A stretch of 63,986 nt of DNA, the filler included, from Dimargaris cristalligena (lineage: Eukaryota), in assembly GCA_003614675.1 (NCBI GenBank). It is 9 parts of 9 records of this genome, joined end to end, with 100 filler letters (N's around TTAATTAATTAA, not from the genome) between each part and the next. Parts side by side here need not be neighbours in the genome. Positions count along the whole stretch, not along the records: positions 1 to 7,148 come from ML003447.1; positions 7,249 to 14,396 come from ML003448.1; 7 more parts are not named here. One strand, written 5' to 3'. The stretch's first letter is position 1. Each line of letters opens with the position of its first letter. The notes beneath the pieces were generated by a model. That model was not told the DNA's origin. It saw nothing but the letters and a program-made list of their open reading frames with translations, and did not search any database. A program made the translations under genes and the position numbers. This document shows, one piece after another, positions 1 through 12,484 of this stretch.

Positions 1-2031
1 AAGAGACTGGCAATACACCTCAAACATTTTCGAGTTGAATTCCTCTGCCCCGTCCATCCTAATGGACTTGACTCGCTTATCAGGGATTTGATTCTGGAGG
101 CAAATGATGATCTGCATGAGTTGCGTAAACACACCAGCCCTTCTGGACAGCAGACAGACATGCGACTACTTCCTCGATGCAAAAATAAGCACCATACAGC
201 AACAAAGGGGCTGGATGGGACCACAAACGTCCCCTTGAATCTACTCCAAGTAGCCCGGCGCTTCTCTCTTGACCATAGTCAGAGAAGGGCGGATAATGAG
301 CTTACTTTTCTCGCACAATGCGCATTGCGATTTCTCATGGCTCATTATCAATGATGTGGTTCGGCGATACCCCACAGTGCGCAGTGAGATCTTTCGCACT
401 ATGGACGAACCTGGGTGTCCTCATCTGTCATGCAAGGGCTCAAACTCTTCCTATCTCCCCCTGAGCGTGACAGCGCATGACTCTCAGCATGGTAGTGAGA
501 AATAGGCCAAAGATAAAAGCCGAAATAGTGAAGGGGTAATGATTCTTTGTTTCTGTGCTCCCACCGAATATATAAGTTACCAATAAATCTTCCTCCTCTC
601 CCTGCTCCTGTTTCTCAATATGAAAACCATTTTAACATATGTCCCTCGATCTAATAAGGGAGCAATGAGAGGATTGGGCGTACAAACCATTGGGGATATC
701 AAATAGCGTCCCCTTGGGGAGCTGTACCTGTGCCTGCCCAAAGCCTCCTACAATGGAGGGTGGTCCAGATATTTTCCTACCAATCATCTGGATGGCTTCA
801 AGTCGGTAAGAAATCCCCAATCCCTCAAAACTGTGTGCGTCGAGCCATAATCATTGAGACATACCTCATGGCCAGAACCGATTGCCTCGAAATCATAAGC
901 AGAGGGGAGGGATTCCGACCCAGCGGGAATCCGTTCATCCAAGATATTCACTTCTGGAGGCGCCAGAAACGTCAATGAGATCAAAGCTTGGCTGCCGAAG
1001 AAGTCCCAGACTTCCATGAAGGGGGTGCTGAGGATCGGGGTCACAACAGTGGCCGCCAAAGTGCTGCCGTGCAGCTGCGCAAGATTGGCCTCAGCCATGT
1101 TGATGCCAGCCTTAGTTCCGCAGTGGCCGTGCTCTTGTAGCCCCTTCCAATATGCGCAGTAGGTGTACTGCAGGATTTTTGGGGCAGAGCACTTCCTAGT
1201 CCAGTGACCATTGATGCCGCACCAAAGACACATATTCGCCATGACAGTGCCTCCCCTGATGCCCATTGAACCCCTCCCAGTCCTGATGGTACCCGTGCTC
1301 AGGCCCCTGGCCTTGCAACTATTCAAATAACAACCACTGACACAATGGAAGCCGCCAGTACCCCTCCAGCTGCGGCGCCACTTCGTTGTGAGTGAGTGGG
1401 CGAAGGTATGGGTGCTGCATTGGCCTCTGGAACTGGGGCATCCCCTGCAAGCCTGGCTGGTTGGTTCTTGCACAGAAGCTGGTTTTTCTTTTTGGGAACA
1501 AGAAGTGCGGTAATGAGGTTGCTGTACCTTGTATAGTTCTTTGCGTGGTAAAGCCTCTAGAGGACGATATTAGATGCGTAGAAGGTGCTGAGGGTGTGTT
1601 TGATGAGGGTGGTTTTCTCAACTTCTTGCTTGCAGAATCGGAGGGTGGCGATGATGCTGTAGAGGTTGCAGTTGTAGGCCGCGACCGGAGTGTAGTCTTG
1701 GAAGCAGATGTTGGCCTGTTCACAGCAAGCATCAGAGAGCAGGACCTCTGCCTGGTGCTGAAATCCATCCTTGAGGGTGTTACAGAGGTGAAGAGGGTCG
1801 GTTTTATTGGTTACTCAGTCTTGAGCAAATCCACAATGTGGTGGCAGTGAGAATGAGAGTTTTTTCGCGTTGTTTTGTGGTGATGGCGCAATCGGCTTGC
1901 ACAGGTCTGACAGTGTGCTCAAGTTCGGTGATGGTGAGATGGGGAGGAATGTCAAAGAACCAAGTCATGTATTTCCAGCCGTGGAGATTGTGTACTGCAA
2001 ACTCGTCCTTGGTGAAGATGCCGTTGCACAA
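1..2031 (-). mobile_element. Decayed Ty1/copia retrotransposon, Bianca-like (gag, zinc knuckle, protease, GAG-pre-integrase, integrase N-terminus); runs off the contig end
   Basis: Manual minus-strand translation across stops and frameshifts gives gag IFTKDEFAVHNLHGWKYMTWFFD...DPLHLCNTLKDGFQHQ...TLSTFYASNIVL, knuckle CLWCGINGHWTRKC, protease VCLNDYGSTHTVL, LHDR*GHPGS, and integrase CEKSKLIIRPS...LE*IQGDVCGPI...SHVCLLSRR...IRMDGAEEF. Domain order is copia-type. Confidence 0.85.
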
Positions 2032-2496
2032 AACGGTGGTGATGGTGGACGTCCTAGACTAGTAGGGAGGTGTGGTGTTGAGCCTGGTATGGATGATGCA
2101 GTCAACGTACTATTGATTGTAGGTTCAGATACGTTCCTTTATTGGCGAGCAGAAAGTCTCCCTTTATACATGTGGGAGTAGGGGTCAAGGAACAGGAGCA
2201 ACCCAGAAATATCGAGCACATGAAACACTTCAAGGGCGCCGATTGCAACCAAGTAGGGTAAAGAAACTATTGGCCCTATTGAACATCATCAAATTTCTGA
2301 GGCTCTGAGCTGCAGAGCTCCAGATCCATCATCCCAATGGTACAGGGACTGCCCCTTTGAGAACAGAAAGGAGGACAGACATACAGAACAGGGGTCAGGG
2401 TGCCAACGGAGAGAGAATGTGAGGGAGGCGCTGATAAATCTGAAAGGAGACCCGACACTGTAGTAAATAGCATCCGCGCCGTGACTTGGGACCCCT

Positions 2497-3618
2497 GTTA
2501 CATTGCTCTATGGGGGCGGCCTTGGATGTATGACAGAGGGAGTGTCAGATTAAGCCTCGGCAAGTGATGACGCGTCGCGCCATATATTCACTTAGCCTGA
2601 TCCTGTATACATCCCCCCTGTATCCCAACATTATCTACATCGCGCCTGCATGCCGCATAGGGCCCGCCTTTAGGTTAGTTAGCTGTCGGAGGATTGCGTC
2701 ACTCCCCTCGGCTTACTAGCAATGTTGAAATTCAGATGCAGCACAGTGAGAGGAATCGAACACACTTGAGATCACCAAATTTAGTTGGGCGTAGCAGGAG
2801 GGGCAAGAGGAAAGCTGTGGGTCTGCCGGGTAGACGCGTAAGATTCAGTGAGCAATTTCGGAGTTTGAAATCAGACAGATCAGATCAGATCAAGTGGAAT
2901 CAGATCAGATCTGAAATTATTCCAAAAGTTGTGCTTTGTATGTACATAGTGGCGGGCGCGGTATGGGATTGGACTTCAGCGTCTTTATGCTGAAGTCAAA
3001 AGTCCCAAGAATTCCGAAGGAGCATCTGTGTAGACCCCGTGAAGGAGGGTGAAAGAGCTGAACAATACACACAGCGTCTTTGTGCTAAAGTCAACCGTCC
3101 AAACCTTTACACCTCGCGACAGGTTATGAGCCCAGCACAAACAGGATACACTTCAAAACGACATTAAAAGCACACAAAAAGCAAGCAGCATGCTCAAAAA
3201 CACCCCCACCTCACTCGCACATTTCAGCATCCAAAAGGGAGGCAGAAATAGAGGCGTCGGTGGAGAACGACAAGAGGGCGCACATGCTCAACTCTCTGTT
3301 GGTCAAAATGAGCCAGATAGAGGTAATTTGGAACACAAATCAGCGCAGGAAGCCTCGGATGCCTAGGGAAGGGTCCGCCACTCGCGCACTAGGGCGCACA
3401 CGAATCGCTGAAAGCCGAGTTGTATTTGCTAATAATAGAAGGCAGGATAGTGCAGAAACACGTCAGCTGCTTCCAGGAGCTTGCAGACGGGCTGCAGGGG
3501 GCCCAGGAGAAGGTGCCAGACAACGACAAGGTCTGGATCTTGCTCTGCAGCATCCCTGTGACCTGGAAGGTCTTCAGGGCCGTCCGCAAAGCTAACACCA
3601 AGCTCACCATTGACGAGT
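2497..3618 (+). mobile_element. Decayed Ty1/copia element: putative 5' LTR, half-tRNA(iMet) primer-binding site and gag fragment
   Basis: CA at 3120-3121 is followed by GGTTATGAGCCCAG (3122-3135). ORF 3420-3618 (EGRIVQKHVSCFQELADGL...DKVWILLCSIPVTW...LTIDEL) has the copia gag (UBN2-like) pattern. The LTR start is approximate. Confidence 0.7.
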
Positions 3619-6600
3619 TGTGGGTTCGCAATCCTCGCGGACGATTGCTTGTCGACGGAAAAAATCCCGATGGGGGACAGATCCTCCCTCATTGCATGTA
3701 AAGCGCTTTGTGAAGTGATACAGTTTCCTCTCTGGTTCCGCATCAGCAGCCCCACACTTTCCCCTTACCAGGAGAACAGACCACCTGAAGAACCCCACAA
3801 AGTCTCCCCTGCCGCAACCCAAGACGGTCCGGGACAAGCAGGAATCGAGACGACGAGGCCTCACCCTCACATTAATATTCATGGTGACCGCATCAGGGAA
3901 TCATCTTCTTCTTTACCCCGTCCCCAACAGCAAAGGAGATTTTAACATCTTCAACTCAATCCCAAGCCTAAAAGGCGTGAAGACCAACAGTATCCACTTT
4001 ACTACATGGTAGCACCGCCGGTTCTGACCTCCCAAAAGATGCCAAAGAGAAGTATTGCCAATCGGTGAAAACCTTGTTCAGTACCCCCCTTACATCCGAA
4101 GTTGTCCCCACGTTGTTGTACCCAAAAACCTACCCAAGAAAACCCCTCCTCACCTCCCCCACTAACCTGACTTCATGTCGCATGGACAAAGACGCAGATA
4201 AGGCCCAACCCGCCGGCCCAGCTTGACCAGCTTTTCGGGCCATCCAACCCATCACGCCTAGACCTTCTTCTCCACCCCTGGTAAACCTGCATGCCATGGA
4301 AGCCATCCAGTCCACAAGCGCCGTGCGCAAAGATCAGGTCCCCACGTTCACCGGTAACAAGAACAGCATAGAGAGAACGACCAACTTTGTTGACGCTGTC
4401 AAAGCCTACATCCTGACCTTCGACAGGGACGCACATCACTCTGAAGAGGACAAGTGCCAGCTCTTTCAGACATTCCTGTGCAGTGGTGAAAACACCTGGT
4501 TTTGTGTGTGCAAAAAGGAGAATGAGGATGATGGCGCCCTCCCAACAGTCAACAATGTCTACAAGCTGTTTCTGAATCAGTTCTACCTGAATAACATTGT
4601 AAACCCTACCTGCGGCGAGCTAAATAAGATTCGCCTCGATGGAAGCCTGAATGAGATCAACATCAAGTCAGAAGCTGAAGAGCACTGTGAACAAAGACCA
4701 CGACCAAAACAACCAAAAGAAGATCCCGGAGCTAGAAACCATTGAATTCTACAGGGTTGCGCATCATTATGGCGCCAACCCCATGGGCGTGAAGCTCTAC
4801 AAGTTGGTTATAGAGTACAAAAATTGGAATGAGGACGTGCTGGAGGTTAGCCTGGAGATGATATGCGACGTGGCTGTGCGCGCGTAAACCCACTTTGGTC
4901 ATGCTGATAGGAATAATCTCACAAAGGAGAAAATGAAAACGAAACTAGAGGAGGACAAGTTTGCGGAGAGGTTTTACCGGGCATCAAGGGTGGAACGACC
5001 AAAGCGGAGTACAAAGAATACAGAGCAGGCCATGGAATTGGATGATGCGCTCGAGGCAGCGGCTGCGGTAACCACCACCTGCAAGACAATCACAGTTCCC
5101 CCAAGCCGAACGCTGACAGGCATTGGTCCTACCTGTGCAGTACGGATGGTGGAAAGGGTGACGGGGGGGATTATTAAGGCCACTGGAGGAGACACCCATT
5201 CCCTCGGTGCCTTACCAAGGTTTTAGTGTGAACCGCTCAGACGACTACGCAGATTGCGAGAGAATACTGATCTTCTTCATAAAGCTCCCCCTAATTGTCA
5301 TTCTCCAGGTTGTCCATGGCCGCCTCAACAGGTCCTTAATGCAAATCCTCGTGGATTCTCTTGTGTACGTGAAGTGATACAGGATCTGGGAGGTCAAGTC
5401 CTCCGTCACCCTTACCGGCCTTGAACCCACATCAGCCTAAGGTACCCCCTAGCTGGGAACCTCCTTACCCTGTCGTCGCTACCTCTCATCATCACTCCAA
5501 TCCCCTTCAACCTCATACTTTTGCTTCCCCTTTCGAAATTCCTGGCTGTTCACTGCACTGTCTGGCAAAGGAGCTCCACTAGGCTGGCCCTTCAGCTCGT
5601 ACGCAAGGGAGGGCCCCTACCCACAGGATCCCAGTCCAGCGTAATCGAAGGGCCTGGGAGGCCAAGCACCATACCAAGAACACCAGCTGCTATGCAGTTC
5701 CCTGCGTCGACGCCATGGAAACTGAACTGGTGAAGTCATCACCACCACAATTCCAGCCCTTCAAAGCCTCGGAAATCATGAAACTGAACACTTTTATGAG
5801 AACTCCTCTCGAGAAGCAGTTCGAGTAAGTAATAATGCTGTACTTCTCCCCTGATCCAAGCGAACCTAATCGAATCCGGATCCATGCAACAAATGTCCTC
5901 CACGAGGACAATCTCTACAAGCAGAGAAAGGCCAGACATGACCTACCCCCCATCAACAACAGCCAGGAAGGGATCCTCCGCCTCGTGATCAAGAAGTACT
6001 ACGCCACCTGCCTCTACGAACCAAACAAGGGCCTGTCTCCTGACCATGGGGAACCTCAACTTCAAGATCGCATTCGAGGACAGCACCAAACCAAAGATCT
6101 GGCCCCTCTGACCAATGACTTAGACCGAATCGTACAAATTGGCAAGCCAGATCCATGAGTTCATCCACAAGGGTTGGCTTCGTCACGTGCGCACAAGCCA
6201 TGTTTGCGAAAGACAAAGACGGCGGTCTTCAGATGTGCCCCCAATACCTCAGACTCAACAGCGTTACAATATGCTACCAAACGCCTCTCTCAAGCCTAGT
6301 CCTTCATCCAAGTCCCCTTTCTGTCGAGTCCCCTCTTGCCCCCCTCCTCTCTCCTGTTGCTTGTACCTAGGCAAACCCCCTCCAAATCTTGTCATCAAGT
6401 CCACACCCTCCAAGTGCCCCCATCAAGTCTGCCGCCCATGACAGCATTGACAAATGCGTGATCAAAAGTTTTCCATCAATAGCTCCCCCGCTCCCCTTTC
6501 TTACCAAAGGAGGCTACGTCCCCCAGTTGCTCGAGTTCACTCTCCCCGACACTTTCATCAGGCCTACCAACGAAGCTGACCTTGCCAAACTCGACCACTA

Positions 6601-7148
6601 TGTTGCCGGCCAAGACGCGATCTGGAAGATCGTTGCTCAGAAGATGAACGATGCACGGAACCGCTTCACCCGCGAAGTCAACGTCAGCCTTGTCCACAAA
6701 AACTACTTGGTCGGCCACAAGTTTCTGCTCAACCTCTACAGAATCAAAATCCTCCTAAGGCTCATCCTACCCCGCAAGTTGGTGCCAAGCTGGAAGGGCC
6801 CCTTCACGGTCCTTGCACGAGGCACAACTCCTGATACATACATGCCTGATCTGGGCACATCGAGCATCGCTGAGCTATACACATTCCTTCATGTCAGCAT
6901 CCTGAAATTGTATCTCGACCCTACTACCTCCATGTACCGCAAAGACATGTAAGAATTCCTTCCCGAACCAGTTCTAATCCACCGCGAGGACCAATAGTAT
7001 GTTGAGTGTATTGTCAACGAAAGGAACCAGGGCAAACCTATGCAGAACGGGAAATACCGTCAAGAATACGAAGTCAAATTGCTAGGCTGGCGCGACAATG
7101 CAAATACCTGGGAGCCTCTCAGAACGATCAAGAACACCGCTGCCTATG
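3619..7148 (+). mobile_element. Decayed, internally deleted Ty3/gypsy chromovirus (LTR, PBS, gag, protease, RT N-terminus, integrase C-terminus, chromodomain)
   Basis: Putative LTR TG(3619)...CA(4006), then PBS TGGTAGCACCGC. Gag VPTFTG...FQTFL...TWF at 4296-4745, protease-like ILVDS near 5345, RT start AMFAKDKDGGLQMCPQYLRLNSVTI, integrase GPF motif KLVPSWKGPFTV...FLHVSILKLY, and chromodomain YEVKLLGWRDNANTWEP near 7067-7120. Confidence 0.85.
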
Positions 7149-7248
7149 NNNNNNNNNNNNNNNNNNNNNNNNNNNNNNNNNNNNNNNNNNNNTTAATTAA
7201 TTAANNNNNNNNNNNNNNNNNNNNNNNNNNNNNNNNNNNNNNNNNNNN
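7149..7248. other. Artificial contig linker (N run, TTAATTAATTAA, N run); also at 14397-14496, 21643-21742, 28885-28984, 36125-36224, 43353-43452, 50577-50676, 57799-57898
   Basis: Identical 100-nt spacer with stops in all six frames; contig lengths are non-increasing (7148, 7148, 7146, 7142, 7140, 7128, 7124, 7122). Confidence 0.98.
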
Positions 7249-10200
7249 CCTTGGGGACTTGATCCTGGGCTTGTGTAGACTTCAGCGATCAATGTTTGGT
7301 ATAGTTGCATGCAGCCACTCTGCAAATTCTGGAATACCTCGTAGACCTGGCTGATATCGGGTCGGATGCCAGGGTAGTTCGACAAGGAGGAACACAGGGA
7401 ATCCCTGTTGGCAAAACCCTTGGTTCGCACGAGGAGATAGAACAAGTGAGTGGTGGCGGCTAACCCAGTAATCAAATTGGTGAAATGGCTCTCGTTGCTC
7501 AGAGTTTCCGCCAGCGGGGCCTTCGCTAGGATCTGAAGACCCTCCAGGCAGTGGTCCCGTAGTTTAACCACCGTCGGGTGATTGGGCCGCATGTGTTCAA
7601 ACCCTTCGATAATGGCCAAGTAGATAAACGGGTCGAGGTGCTCGGCATATTGGGCAGCGATGTAGTCAAACCACTGGTTGGTGAGCAGGCGTCGGTCGGA
7701 ATTATCGACTATTTCGTTAAAGGTAACTCGCGGGCGGCGCTTCGTTTCATCCTTGGATGGCGCTACTTTCACCAGCGGTAGAGTAGACATCGAAGCGGCT
7801 GGATCAACCATGGTTGGTAGCTCCATGGCTTCATCGTTGACAAAGCGCCATAGAGCGGTGAGGGAGCGAAGATGGAAGTGGGAGAACTGGTAGTGGTATG
7901 CTAATACCATGGAGAACGACAGAGTACTAAGTTCATTTTCGGGGGTCAGGATCTGGTTGTAATGGATATCCGCGGCCGCCTTATGCATAAACTCAAACAT
8001 CTGTTCGGCTTTCAAGTCGGACAGCGTAATCAACTGAGCGCCCTGGGGAGTGTTAAACACGCACGATCGGAGCATAATTTTGAGGAACTCCCGAATTAGA
8101 CCGGCTAGGGTGGAGGTCCAATTAATGTCCTCGGGGAAATGGCGCTGGGGGCCCGGAAGATCCAGCTCCTCCTCTTGGTTAACGACCCAGCCCAGGACCC
8201 AAGCATGAATCATCCACGTGCGAGCCGGTAACAGAGTGTAGACGGTGTCAGAAGGAGCAACGGATGGATCATCCAGGTTGGGGTCAACCACAGGTTGGAA
8301 AAAGAGGGACGGGATGGTGAACCGTTTAGCCAATTCGACAGTGACGACTACCAGCCGGACCCACAGGAAATAGTCGGCGGTCGATTCGGCAGTGGAAGGG
8401 GTCGAAACACTACCGGAGTCTCCCGAGGGCTGGAGGCGCTGGATGGCTTCAGGGGAAAGCAACGAGGGCTGCGCGCATAGGTAACTGTTGGTACAAGCCA
8501 TGGGACAAATTTCGATGCCCACATTGGGGGGCTGGGTGAATGCAGTCCGGAGGATTCGCTGCCAGGTCTCCGGGTTGGTCAAAACGGTCTGCCAGCACCA
8601 CTGTCGTTCGGCTAAGCCCGCCTCTCCGTCGGGACAGAATTGGGTTAGAAGGGCTGCGATGCGGTCACTCAGGTCAAATGAACTCATGGACTGGTTGGAG
8701 TCCCAAATCAGTTGGTGGAGGTGGTGGGTGGTTAGATTACGCAACTGGCGAAACAGGCTGATGTTTGACTTGGACGGGGTATCCAGGGCCTCTTCCGAGC
8801 CAACTTCGACAGTGGAACGGGAGTGATTACGACAGGTCTCGATGAATTGGTCGGCACAGCGCTTGGCCCTCTGCGCGGTAGCCCTTAGTAGCCGGTGGCA
8901 GTCGGGATAGGCCATTCCCCAGCGGGAGGCCAGTACGGCCAGGGTTTGGTCAAGCCCCGCGATATCCATCAGGTCCGTTACCAGAGGGCAGTAGGTAGCC
9001 CCCGCCGAGGCCAGCAGCCCCTGACATAAGCGATAATCGGCCAATAAATTAGGAAGGGTATCTAAAAGGGGGTCTAGCAATATCACATCCGGCGGAGTCC
9101 AGTCATCACTTGCTGAGTGATTATCATTTCGGATAACACCCAGACGAAATGCTCGGACTTCCTGAGCCAACATCTTAATAATTGGGTCAAAGTACGAGAC
9201 AGGTAAAAGAGCCGAACCCAACAGTAGACAGTTCACCAGGGCCCGGTAGATGGTTTGGGGCAAAGTAGGTTTAAAGTCAGCGACACCATAATCTAACACA
9301 TCTTTGATGAATTTCTCCAGAGCGGGGCAAATGAGAGCTGGTGCCTTTTTGATAGATTGCCGGTAGCCAACGACCAAATTCTGAAGAAGCATATCCAGTA
9401 GTTCGATGAAATAATCGGACCTTTGCAGGACCGTTCCCAGGGCATTGGTCATGAAGTCCGAGCCCTCGGGTCCAGCCACGGCAGTGTTATCCGATATCAT
9501 GGATCCCGAAGCCGACCTGGATTGGCCGTCCTTCGGCCGCAAAGAAAGGTCGTCCAACGAAACATCGGGGGAACCCTTTAGTTCATCCGACTTCCACTTA
9601 GCGACCCCGTAGGTAGTCGCCAAGTCAACCAGGGGTTCGAGTGAATCAACGGCGGTGGGATAGCCGTTAACCTCCGCAAGGTTCTGCAGTAAAAATAGCT
9701 CAGTCTGCTCTACGAATTCCGGGTATTGTAGCAAAACGAGGGACTGGGCCCGTACCAGGTCATTCAAAAGCACCAAAAGATCCGCCTGCGGCTGGCTCGA
9801 GGACTGGCAGTTCCGGTAAGCCTCTATAAGGGCCAAGCCAAGCTGCACCCAGGTACTCGGAATCGGTTGACTGAACTTACTATCCATGTGGCGAATGCGT
9901 AAGTGGTCCGAATATCGCAGATAATGGCCCAAGAATGCCCGACGGTCGACGAGAGTGTAGTCACCTGCAGAGGGTGAAAGCAGGGGGGCCTCCACGGCCC
10001 GGAAAGCGTGGGTGGCGGTCATTTCCTCGAGGTTGGAAGGGAACACACTCCCGTGATGGAGAGTCTCACTAAGGGCAATTAGTTCTCGCACAGTGGCATC
10101 CGAGGGGTGGTCAACAAGGCAAGCACGGGCCAGAATCTTTACTTGGGTGACCAATATAGTACTCGCCTTGAGTCCTTCGCCCTCCCGGTGCAGGGCACCG

Positions 10201-12484
10201 ACGAAATAGAGGAGACAGTCAATCCAGCATTTGATGAACCCGGGTAATTCGGTGGGCCGCTGGGCAACGTTGGGTAGGCCGCGGCTGAATGACATTAGCA
10301 GCTCCTCCGCAACAGTAGGTAGTTGGTCTTGGGTCATTTCGACGGGCCACATACGAATAAGCAAGGCCAGGGCCTGGGTAAGGGCGATTGTTGACCCATA
10401 GCCGCCATGGGCAATCACTTCATAGAGCTTAGGGAGAGTGGGTTTCTTCTCCGAGGCATAGTTCCAGGTTTGCGGGTAGTGTTTCGTGGTCAACAGGAGG
10501 GTATCGTATAGGTCGGAGTAAACAGCGGGCTCTCTATCCATAAGGGCTTTCCGAACAAAGGCGTGACCGATTAGTTTTTGGCGGGGTTCGAGGATTACTG
10601 GGGAGTGGAGAAATAGACGGAAATATCAATGAAGATGCGCGAATGAAGTAGTGAGTAAATTGCCGAATAGAAATAGAGTAAAAATTACAAGTGAACTAGA
10701 CTGAGTACCAAAGGATGGAATGAAACCCAGATATGCCAGATAGGGGAAATCGGGCGAGGGTTCCGGTATTTAAGTCGGGACGATGGGAAAGCACTTCCCG
10801 ATGGAAAATCCCTTTCAAGGAGGATGGGAACAATGATGATTTTTGGCCACTCACCGCCCTTTCCGTATCATGGGGTTATCACCGCCGATTACGGCAAGGG
10901 AAACCGCCCCATGCAGGCGTGACCTGCCTACAAAGGGGATTCCTTCCTCCCCAATAGATATATCTGTCTAGGTATTTATATCTATTCACCAATGCTGGCC
11001 CACGTAATTCTAATACCGACGTAGAATAAAGGGCGTATTATAATAGATGGCCGCTGCAAATACAACTCATGTAAAAACACGTGGCACCTAGGATCTGGAT
11101 CCACGGACAAAGGTATAAGCAGAACTAAATTATAATACCATTAATATGAATCGAAGTCACTTACCAGGCCATGTTTGCAGGAATTGCGTCAGGGTTTGGT
11201 ACGCCGTCCGTCGGATGGTGGGCGAGGTGTGCTGAAACTTGGCCCACAGTTGGGGGTCATCCAGTAGTGTACACCACACCTCCCCCTCATTATCTAATTC
11301 GGAGATTGGGACATGTTCTATCGCAACAAGGAAGATAAGGTAATACGAATGGTAAGTGTAAGTGGGGGAGTTAGAATAGCGTTGGCGTCAAGAAACGGAC
11401 CATCTCAATAGCAGTAACCGCACCAGGACCAGTGATAATATCGGCATGCAAGTGCAGGTGATTGGTGCCAGGTGGTCTGCACTATGCCACCGGGTATGGT
11501 ATACGCGGAGTTTCAAGTTAGGGACTTACGTAACAGATACCCCAGGGAACGAAACGACGAGCCCAACACCAGTTCGTAAATGATTAGGCGTTCCTCGGGG
11601 TCGGTGATTTGCTTATCAGCCAGGGTTTCGGGGGTGTGCCGGCGCAGATTATGGCTCAAAAAGCCCACGATAGTACTCTGGTATTTGGCCAAAGCCTTTG
11701 GTCGCTTATCGGGCTTAAACAGTGTATTGAAGGCTTCCTGGGCACAAAGGGCGGACTCTTTGGACGGGTCGAAGAAGGCCAGCACCCAGTAGGGCATGAG
11801 TTCCCGCAGCACTGGGGCAATCTTTTTGTCCATGCGCTGTACCAGGTGGACTTGGACTTGGTTGGTCATGAGCCGCAAACGGTGGCTGACGTCAATGGAG
11901 TACTTGCTATACAGCCGAGGCTGTGGAAGTGATCACCCCATTGAGAATATGATAGAATATCCATAATATCAACAGAGAGCAGATACAGTCATATAGAAAT
12001 ATGTAGCGGGTGTATTAGTGCTTAGTAATTTGGGGGGGGGAGGGTGCTGACAAGGTGCTGGTATCCAATTATATAGGTCCCCCAAAATAAGGCAATGTGG
12101 TGGGTTTTAAAGTATACGAAGGGCCCTTACCCAGGCTGTAAGTAACTGTTGGAGCTGTGAATCGTCTGCCCGTCCGATGTATTCTTTCAGTTCCTCGAGA
12201 GCATTGATGCGAGACTGGGTATGGCGCTTTTTAAACTTCTTCAGCAAAAGAACTAGCTCGGAGTCCATGGTGCTGCCATTTAACAGACCGGAAAACCCGG
12301 CACCCGATGCATCAGGCGCTGAGGGTCGCGTGGAGCGAGAGGAGCTATCGGAAACATTGGATACCGTGCGCTGGATTGCAGGTGACGAAGCCTGGTTAAC
12401 GGACCCAGATGGTTGGCTAAGGAGTTGACTGAAGGCCAACGATGGGTTGGCACGAAACAGATTGACAGCGTTGGGGTCGGTCAT
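7249..12484 (-). CDS. LTN1: E3 ubiquitin ligase listerin (ribosome quality control), 5' part; exons 12484-12131, 11920-11530, 11317-11165, 10597-7249; C-terminal RING lies beyond the contig
   Basis: N-terminal signature MDSELVLLLKKFKKRHTQSRINALEEL, W/PRLYSKYSID, LRELMPYWVLAFFDPSKESALCAQEAFNTLF. GT-AG introns join in frame to the 1100-aa helical ORF. Confidence 0.9.

Noticed and set aside
2860-3095. CAGAT repeats and a duplicated 23-mer (near 2977 and 3072)
   Set aside because: Best explained as internal repeats of the copia LTR.
7149-7248. Regularly spaced TTAATTAATTAA palindromes every ~7.2 kb
   Set aside because: Artificial six-frame-stop linkers; gene neighbourhood across them has no biological meaning.
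7578-8826. Antisense ORFs overlapping LTN1 (similar ones overlap ABCA, BFA1 and the zinc-finger gene)
   Set aside because: Shadow ORFs expected opposite GC-rich coding sequence.
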